A stretch of DNA of 21,752 nucleotides from NCBI GenBank assembly GCA_031459875.1, contig JAVKHQ010000039.1:1-21752 (forward strand), in the 5' to 3' direction. Below, piece by piece: positions 16,446 to 21,752 of this stretch (position 1 is the first letter of the stretch; each line of letters starts with the position of its first letter). The DNA comes from Candidatus Fervidifonticultor sextus (lineage in GTDB: Bacteria > Sysuimicrobiota > Sysuimicrobiia > Sysuimicrobiales > Humicultoraceae). A model generated the notes under the pieces. The model saw only the letters and a list, made by a program, of their open reading frames with translations, did no database searches and had not been told where the DNA came from. The position numbers and the translations under genes were made by a program.

Positions 16446-17429
16446 ATGAGACAGTCCGGTCGGGTCGGCGCCGTGTTCGTGGCGCTGGCCATCCTCGCCC
16501 TTGCCGGGGTGCCCTGGGCCCTGGCGCAGGAGAAGTTCCCCAGCCGCGAGATCACGCTGATCGTCCCCTGGCCGGCAGGAGGCGGCAGCGACATCAGCAT
16601 GCGTCTGGTGGCCGAGCACGCCCAGCGGCACTTCGGGGTCCCGGTCGTGGTGGTCAACAAGCCCGGCGCCGCCGGCGCCATCGGGCACCGCGAGATCGTC
16701 ACCGCCAGGCCCGACGGCTACACCATCGGCATGGTGGGCTCAGGGGCTCTCGCCCAGCAGTACATGATCCCGAACCCGGTGAACATCCTGGATCAGTTCC
16801 AGCCGATCGTGTTCTTCGGCAAGGATCCCGGGACGCTCACCGTGCGGGCCGAGACCCCGTGGAGGACGCTCAAGGAGTTCGTCGACGCCGCGAAGGCCAG
16901 GCCCAACAGCATCAGGAACGCCAACGACCCTCCCGGCGGCGGTTCGCACCTGACGGTGCTCGTCATCGAGAAGAAACTGGGAATCACCCTCAACAAGATC
17001 TCCTACGGAGGCTTCGCCCCCAGCGTGGCGGCGTTGCTGGCCGGCGAGGTCCAGTCCACCACCGTCCCCGTGCCCGACGTCATCGAGGCCCATCGCGCCG
17101 GCAAGGTCCGGATCCTGGCCGTGGCCGACACCGAACGCCACTTCATGGCGCCCGGCGTCCCCACCTTCAAGGAGCAGGGCTTCGATGTGACGTTCGCCCT
17201 GTGGCGCATCATCGGCGCGCCCAGGGGCGTTCCCGCCGACCGGCTGCGCGTGCTGGAGGAGAAGTTGCTGGCGACGCTCAACGATCCGGCCTTCGTGGCC
17301 AGGGCCAACAAGGCGGGCTTTAGCGTGAACCCGCTGTCGACCCGGCGGACCGAGGCCGTGCTGAAAGCCGACGACGCATTGGTGTACTACCTCCTGCTGG
17401 AACTGGACATGGTGAGGAACCCGAAGTAG
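16446..17429 (+). CDS. tctC: Second TctC/Bug family substrate-binding protein
   Basis: GAGGAGG RBS, signal peptide, FPSREITLIVPWPAGGGSD, NKPGAAG, PDGYT, VPTFKEQG. Confidence 0.92.
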   Translation: MRQSGRVGAVFVALAILALAGVPWALAQEKFPSREITLIVPWPAGGGSDISMRLVAEHAQRHFGVPVVVVNKPGAAGAIGHREIVTARPDGYTIGMVGSGALAQQYMIPNPVNILDQFQPIVFFGKDPGTLTVRAETPWRTLKEFVDAAKARPNSIRNANDPPGGGSHLTVLVIEKKLGITLNKISYGGFAPSVAALLAGEVQSTTVPVPDVIEAHRAGKVRILAVADTERHFMAPGVPTFKEQGFDVTFALWRIIGAPRGVPADRLRVLEEKLLATLNDPAFVARANKAGFSVNPLSTRRTEAVLKADDALVYYLLLELDMVRNPK

Positions 17430-17435
17430 GGAACG

Positions 17436-17463
17436 CGGGCGGGGGCGACGACGCCCCCGCCCG
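17436..17463 (+). other. 12-bp perfect GC stem-loop between tctC and tctB (mRNA stabiliser/attenuator)
   Basis: CGGGCGGGGGCG-ACGA-CGCCCCCGCCCG; no U tract. Confidence 0.7.
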
Positions 17464-17471
17464 AAGCCACG

Positions 17472-17981
17472 TTGGCCCTGGAGCAGCACGCGCGGAGCGC
17501 GTTGGGCGATCTGCTGGCCGGAACGGTGATCCTGGCCGTCACCGCCGCGGGGTGGATGTCTCTGCGCGCCAACAGGACGCTGGCGATGTTTGACTTCGGG
17601 ACAGACCCCGGGCCCGCGTTGATGCCGCGGCTGCTGCTGGCGGGCCTCGGGGCCGGCGGCCTGGCCCTGGCAGGCCGGGCCGCCTGGCGCCTCGTCCGGT
17701 CAGGCGGGCTGCGCGGAGGCCTGGCGGCGCGCTCGTGGGCTCCTCCCCTGCTGTGGCCGGCAGTCTTTGTGGCCTCTCTGGTCATCTACCTCGCCGGCCT
17801 GTCCGTGGTCGGGTTCCGGCCGGCCACCTTCGCCTTCTGCACGGCCTGGGTCTTCGCCCTCGCCCGTCGGTGGGGACGACCGCCGGTGCGGGCCGCGGTC
17901 CTGGCCCTGGCCGCAGCCGCGATGATTACCGGCGCCGTGTACTCCGTCTTCAAGGGATTCGTCAAGGTCCCGCTGCCCTGA
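17472..17981 (+). CDS. tctB: Second TctB family subunit
   Basis: DPGPALMPR, VGF, C-terminal F.KVPLP; TTG start uncertain. Confidence 0.82.
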   Translation: MALEQHARSALGDLLAGTVILAVTAAGWMSLRANRTLAMFDFGTDPGPALMPRLLLAGLGAGGLALAGRAAWRLVRSGGLRGGLAARSWAPPLLWPAVFVASLVIYLAGLSVVGFRPATFAFCTAWVFALARRWGRPPVRAAVLALAAAAMITGAVYSVFKGFVKVPLP

Positions 17982-17991
17982 CCGCGGTCGG

Positions 17992-19506
17992 ATGCTCGGA
18001 CACATCGTCAACGCGCTGGAGCAGTTGCTGTCCCCGGCCACGCTGGGGCTCAGCCTGGCCGGCGTCGTCGTGGGGATCGTCTTTGGCGCCCTGCCGGGCA
18101 TCAGTTCGACCATGTCGCTGGCCGTGCTCATGCCCTTGTCCTTCGGGTTGAATGCCACCGACGCGATGATGTTCCTGATGGGCGTCTTCAACGGCAGCGT
18201 CTACGGCGGATCGGTCTCCGCCATCCTGGTGAACATCCCCGGGACGCCCGGTGCCATCGTCACCCAGATGGATGGCCACCCCATGGCCCTGCGCGGCCGC
18301 GCGGGCGAAGCGCTGGGGTACGCGACGCTCGCCTCGGGGTTCGGAGGGTTCTTCGGCCTGGTGGTCTTCATGACCGTCGCCCCCCTGCTGGCCAGCATTG
18401 GCCTGAAGTTCCAGAGCCCTGAGTTCACGGGGCTGGCGCTGCTGGGGCTGGCCAGCCTGTCGGCGGCCCTGCCCGGCGCCACCTTCAAGGGCATCCTGGC
18501 CGGCCTCTTCGGCCTGCTGCTGGCGACCATCGGCCTGGATACGCTGACCAACGTGTTGCGGTTCGACTTCGGCAGCCCCCACCTCGCCGCCGGCGTCTCG
18601 ATCATCCCGCTCGCCATCGGGATCTTCGGCCTGGCGGAGGTGCTGAACAACCTCGAAGGCGGCGTCGCCCGCTGGGAGGTCATCCGCACCATCAGCCGGG
18701 TCCTGCCGCCCTGGCCCGACCTCAGGCGCACGGTGCCCAGCGCCGTGCGCGGCAGTCTGGTGGGCATCGTCGTTGGCATCATTCCGGCGGCGGGCTCGGC
18801 CATCGGGGTCGTCTTCTCCTACCTGCAGGAGAAGCGCCTCTCCCGCCATCCCGAGCGGTTCGGCACCGGGGTCCCGGAGGGGGTGGTCGCGCCGGAGTCC
18901 TGCAACAACGCCTGCATCGGCGGCGACCTGATCCCGACCATGAGCCTGGGGATCCCCGGCGATAGCATCACCGCGGTCCTGATGGGCGCCCTGCTGATCC
19001 ACGGGCTGCGGCCCGGCCCGCTCCTCTTCAGGGACCACCCCGACTTCGTGGCTGCGGTCTACGTGGCCCTGGGCGTCGCGGTCGTGCTCACCACGGCCGT
19101 CGGGCTGCTGGGCGCCCGGATGTTTGCCGCGGTGCTCTCGATCCCCAAGGCCGTCCTGCTGAGCGCCATCGCGATCCTCTGCGTCGTGGGCGCCTACGCG
19201 GTCAACAACTCGCTGTTCGACGTCGGCGTCATGGTCGCGTTCGGCGTTGTGGGCTACCTCATGCAGAAGGCGGGGTTCCCGGTGGTGCCGCTGGTCTTCG
19301 GGCTGATCCTGGGCCCCATGTTCGAGGAGAACCTGCGGCGCACGCTCATGCTCACCGGCGGGGACTGGCTCGTCTACCTCCGGCGGCCGATCAGCCTGAC
19401 GCTGCTGGCGCTGGCGGTGATCACGGCGGCCTACCCGGTGTGGCTGGAATCGCGCCACCGCCGGATCCGGTGGGAACCGGCCGGAGAAGGGGTGATCGGG
19501 CGATGA
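17992..19506 (+). CDS. tctA: Second TctA family subunit
   Basis: GALPG, YGGS, NIPGTPGA, DGHPM, PESCNNA, GIPGD, HGLRPGP. Confidence 0.94.
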   Translation: MLGHIVNALEQLLSPATLGLSLAGVVVGIVFGALPGISSTMSLAVLMPLSFGLNATDAMMFLMGVFNGSVYGGSVSAILVNIPGTPGAIVTQMDGHPMALRGRAGEALGYATLASGFGGFFGLVVFMTVAPLLASIGLKFQSPEFTGLALLGLASLSAALPGATFKGILAGLFGLLLATIGLDTLTNVLRFDFGSPHLAAGVSIIPLAIGIFGLAEVLNNLEGGVARWEVIRTISRVLPPWPDLRRTVPSAVRGSLVGIVVGIIPAAGSAIGVVFSYLQEKRLSRHPERFGTGVPEGVVAPESCNNACIGGDLIPTMSLGIPGDSITAVLMGALLIHGLRPGPLLFRDHPDFVAAVYVALGVAVVLTTAVGLLGARMFAAVLSIPKAVLLSAIAILCVVGAYAVNNSLFDVGVMVAFGVVGYLMQKAGFPVVPLVFGLILGPMFEENLRRTLMLTGGDWLVYLRRPISLTLLALAVITAAYPVWLESRHRRIRWEPAGEGVIGR

Positions 19507-20660
19507 AGATCGCCGACCTGGAGGTGATGCTCGTCGGGCTGCCGACGCGGCGCGTACACCGGTGGGCCGGCCTGCGGGGGCCCATCGGACGCTACGTGGT
19601 CGTCAGGCTCCGTACCGACGACGGTCTCGAAGGCTGGGGCGAGACGCCCTGCCTGCCGGACTGGGGCGGCGCCTACATGCGGTATTACGGTGAAACGCCC
19701 GGCACCGTCCGCCATGTCCTGCTGGACCTGCTGCTGCCGGTGCTGCGCAACGAGGACCCCCTGGCCATCGGCCGCATCCATGCCGTGATGGATCAGGTGA
19801 TCAAGGGTCACCCCTATGCCAAGGCGGCGCTGGACATCGCCCTGCACGACCTCAAGGGGAAGGCGCTCGGGGTGCCGGTCTACGACCTCCTGGGCGGCCG
19901 GGTCCGCCAGTGGGTGCCGGTGGGCCACAGCATCGGCCTGATGGACGTGGAGCCGGCCGTCGAGGAGGCCCTGGCCGTCGTGCGGGAAGGCATCCGCCAC
20001 ATCAAGGTGAAGGGCGGCCCCGACCCGGACCGCGACGTGCGGGTAGTCGAGGCGGTACGCGCGGCGGTCGGGGAGGCGGTGGAACTCCGCCTCGATGCCA
20101 ACCAGGCCTACACGGTGCCGGTGGCGATCCGGACCCTGCGCGTTATGGAACGGTGGCATCTGGCGTTTGCGGAGCAGCCGGCCGAAGGGATCGACGAGCT
20201 CGCCACCATCGCCAGGGCGGTGCGGACGCCGCTGATGGCCGACGAGAGCGCCTGGACCTGCCGCGACGTGCTGCACCTCTACACCACCGGCGCCGCGCGC
20301 TACGTCTCCCTCTACGTCACCAAGCCGGGCGGCCTCTACCGGGCCAGGCAGATGGCCGCCGTGCTGGAGGCGGCGGGCATGGAGGCCGACCTGGGAGGGT
20401 CGGCGGAGTTCGGCATCGCCAACGCCGCCAACCTCCATCTGGGCGCGGCGTCGCCTGCGGTCACGCTACCGGCCATCATCCCCGTGACCACGGTGGCCGG
20501 CCGGGAGCAGACCGAGGTGGCCGGGCGCATCTACACCGACGACATCGTGGCGGAGCCGTTCGAGTACCGGCAGGGCGCCCTGCGTGTGCCCGACGGCCCG
20601 GGACTGGGGATTACCGTCGACGAGGACAAACTGCGGCGGTATCGGGTGGAGTGGCCATGA
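19503..20660 (+). CDS. Enolase superfamily enzyme, muconate lactonizing enzyme/dipeptide epimerase-like subgroup
   Basis: EGWGE, AALDIALHDL.GK..G.PVY.LLGG, KVK, DAN, EQP, ADES, VP.GPGLG; ATGA coupling to tctA. Confidence 0.92.
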   Translation: MKIADLEVMLVGLPTRRVHRWAGLRGPIGRYVVVRLRTDDGLEGWGETPCLPDWGGAYMRYYGETPGTVRHVLLDLLLPVLRNEDPLAIGRIHAVMDQVIKGHPYAKAALDIALHDLKGKALGVPVYDLLGGRVRQWVPVGHSIGLMDVEPAVEEALAVVREGIRHIKVKGGPDPDRDVRVVEAVRAAVGEAVELRLDANQAYTVPVAIRTLRVMERWHLAFAEQPAEGIDELATIARAVRTPLMADESAWTCRDVLHLYTTGAARYVSLYVTKPGGLYRARQMAAVLEAAGMEADLGGSAEFGIANAANLHLGAASPAVTLPAIIPVTTVAGREQTEVAGRIYTDDIVAEPFEYRQGALRVPDGPGLGITVDEDKLRRYRVEWP

Positions 20661-21752
20661 GCACATCGACGGAGGTTCACGTGGCGGTGCTGGGAGCAGG
20701 TAACGGCGGGGTGGCGGCGGCCGCCGACCTGGGCGTGCGAGGCTTTCGGGTCGCGCTGTGCAACCGCAGCCGGGAGCGCCTGGAGCCGTTTCTGCGGCTG
20801 GGCGCGGTGGAGATGACCGGCGCGCTCGGCGACGCCACGGTGCCGGTGGCGCGGATCACCACCGATGTCGCCGAGGCGGTGGCGGGCGCCGACGTCGTCA
20901 TGCTCACGGTGCCCGCGCCCGGCCAGGCCTACTACGCCGAAGCCCTGGCGCGATCCCTGACCCCCGACCAGCTCGTGGTGCTCAACGCCAGCAATACTGG
21001 CAGCGCCCTGCACGTGGCGCGGACCCTGGCCGCGCGAGGGGCGCCTCCGGTGACCATCGTGGAGTTGAACTCGCTCACGTACATCTGCCGCATGGCCTCG
21101 CCGACGAAGGTGAACATCACGGGTCCCGCCCGCACGGTCCGCGCAGGGGTGCTGCCATCCCGGCATCGGTCGGACGCCCTCCGCCGGTTCGGCCGCTACT
21201 ACCCCCAGGTCGAGGCGGTCCAAAACGTCCTGGCAAGTTCGCTGGCCAACCTGAACGCGGTGCTCCATCCTCCCGGCATGCTCCTGAACGCGGGCTGGAT
21301 CGAGCACACCGCCGGGCAGTTCTTCTACTACTACGAAGGGACGACGCCGGCGGTGGCCCGGGCCATCGACGCCGTCGACCGCGAGCGTCGGGCCGTCGCG
21401 GCCGCCTACGGCATCCAGACCCCCACCTTCCTGGACTTCTTCTACCGCGCCGGCTACACGTCGCGGCGCGCCTGGGAGGCGGGCTCCGTGTTCGAGGCGC
21501 TCCGGGACAGCGTCCCCAACCGCTACATCAAGGCGCCCCCCAACCTGGAAGGGCGTTACATCCAGGAAGACATCGGCTTTGGATTGGTCCCGCTGCAGGC
21601 GTTTGCGCGCGCCGCCCAGGTCGTCGTCCCCACGGTGGACGCGTTCGTCCACCTGGCCTCGACTGCGACCGGCGTGGACTACGCGCAGGTAGGGCTGAAC
21701 GCCGAGCGGCTGGGCATCGCCGGGGCCACCCGCGAGGCGGTCGAGCACCTCG
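20657..21752 (+). CDS. NAD(P)-dependent opine (octopine/nopaline) dehydrogenase family protein, 3'-truncated by the window edge
   Basis: Translated by hand (missing from the ORF track): VAVLGAGNGG.A.AADL Rossmann motif, L.N.NAVLHPPGMLLNAGWIE, F.YY.EG.TP, D.ER, RYIQEDIGFGLVP; ATGA coupling. Confidence 0.92.
   Translation, partial: MSTSTEVHVAVLGAGNGGVAAAADLGVRGFRVALCNRSRERLEPFLRLGAVEMTGALGDATVPVARITTDVAEAVAGADVVMLTVPAPGQAYYAEALARSLTPDQLVVLNASNTGSALHVARTLAARGAPPVTIVELNSLTYICRMASPTKVNITGPARTVRAGVLPSRHRSDALRRFGRYYPQVEAVQNVLASSLANLNAVLHPPGMLLNAGWIEHTAGQFFYYYEGTTPAVARAIDAVDRERRAVAAAYGIQTPTFLDFFYRAGYTSRRAWEAGSVFEALRDSVPNRYIKAPPNLEGRYIQEDIGFGLVPLQAFARAAQVVVPTVDAFVHLASTATGVDYAQVGLNAERLGIAGATREAVEHL

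Noticed and set aside
13171..18880. Short DNA matches between the two tctA genes and between LLM genes
   Set aside because: They encode conserved protein motifs (IPGTP, PERFGTG, PYTRHP), not independent repeats.
3258..21748. Many long antisense or alternative-frame ORFs (e.g. 4460-6070, 6998-8737, 17962-19458, 20531-21748)
   Set aside because: Shadow ORFs of high-GC coding DNA; no family motifs, and each overlaps a well-supported plus-strand gene.
1..21752. Integrase, second att copy of the tRNA 3' end, CRISPR or other repeat array
   Set aside because: None seen by eye; island boundaries cannot be fixed from this window.

Overview
GC-rich bacterial window in two parts. (1) 1-~2445: tRNA-Arg with the uncommon GCG anticodon, followed by a decayed accessory region on the minus strand. 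That region holds an intact MNT-HEPN toxin-antitoxin-like pair whose HEPN stop codon lies inside the tRNA, a probable DUF3883 nuclease relic, and a frameshifted wHTH-nucleotidyltransferase pseudogene split by an intact IS481-family element (inverted repeats and target duplication visible). (2) 2524-21752: three co-oriented catabolic/transport units on the plus strand. Unit A has two luciferase-like (LLM) oxidoreductases, an M24 peptidase, a threonine-synthase-like PLP enzyme, a Dpp/Opp-type binding protein with two permeases (no ATPase), and a GntR/UTRA regulator. Unit B is a tripartite tricarboxylate transporter (TctCBA-like). Unit C has a GntR/FCD regulator, an LLM oxidoreductase, a second TctCBA-like transporter, an MLE-subgroup enolase with an atypical catalytic residue, and an opine dehydrogenase that runs off the window and is absent from the ORF track. 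I saw no CRISPR or repeat array. The best candidates for undescribed biology are the pathways of units C and A; substrate assignments are inference only.
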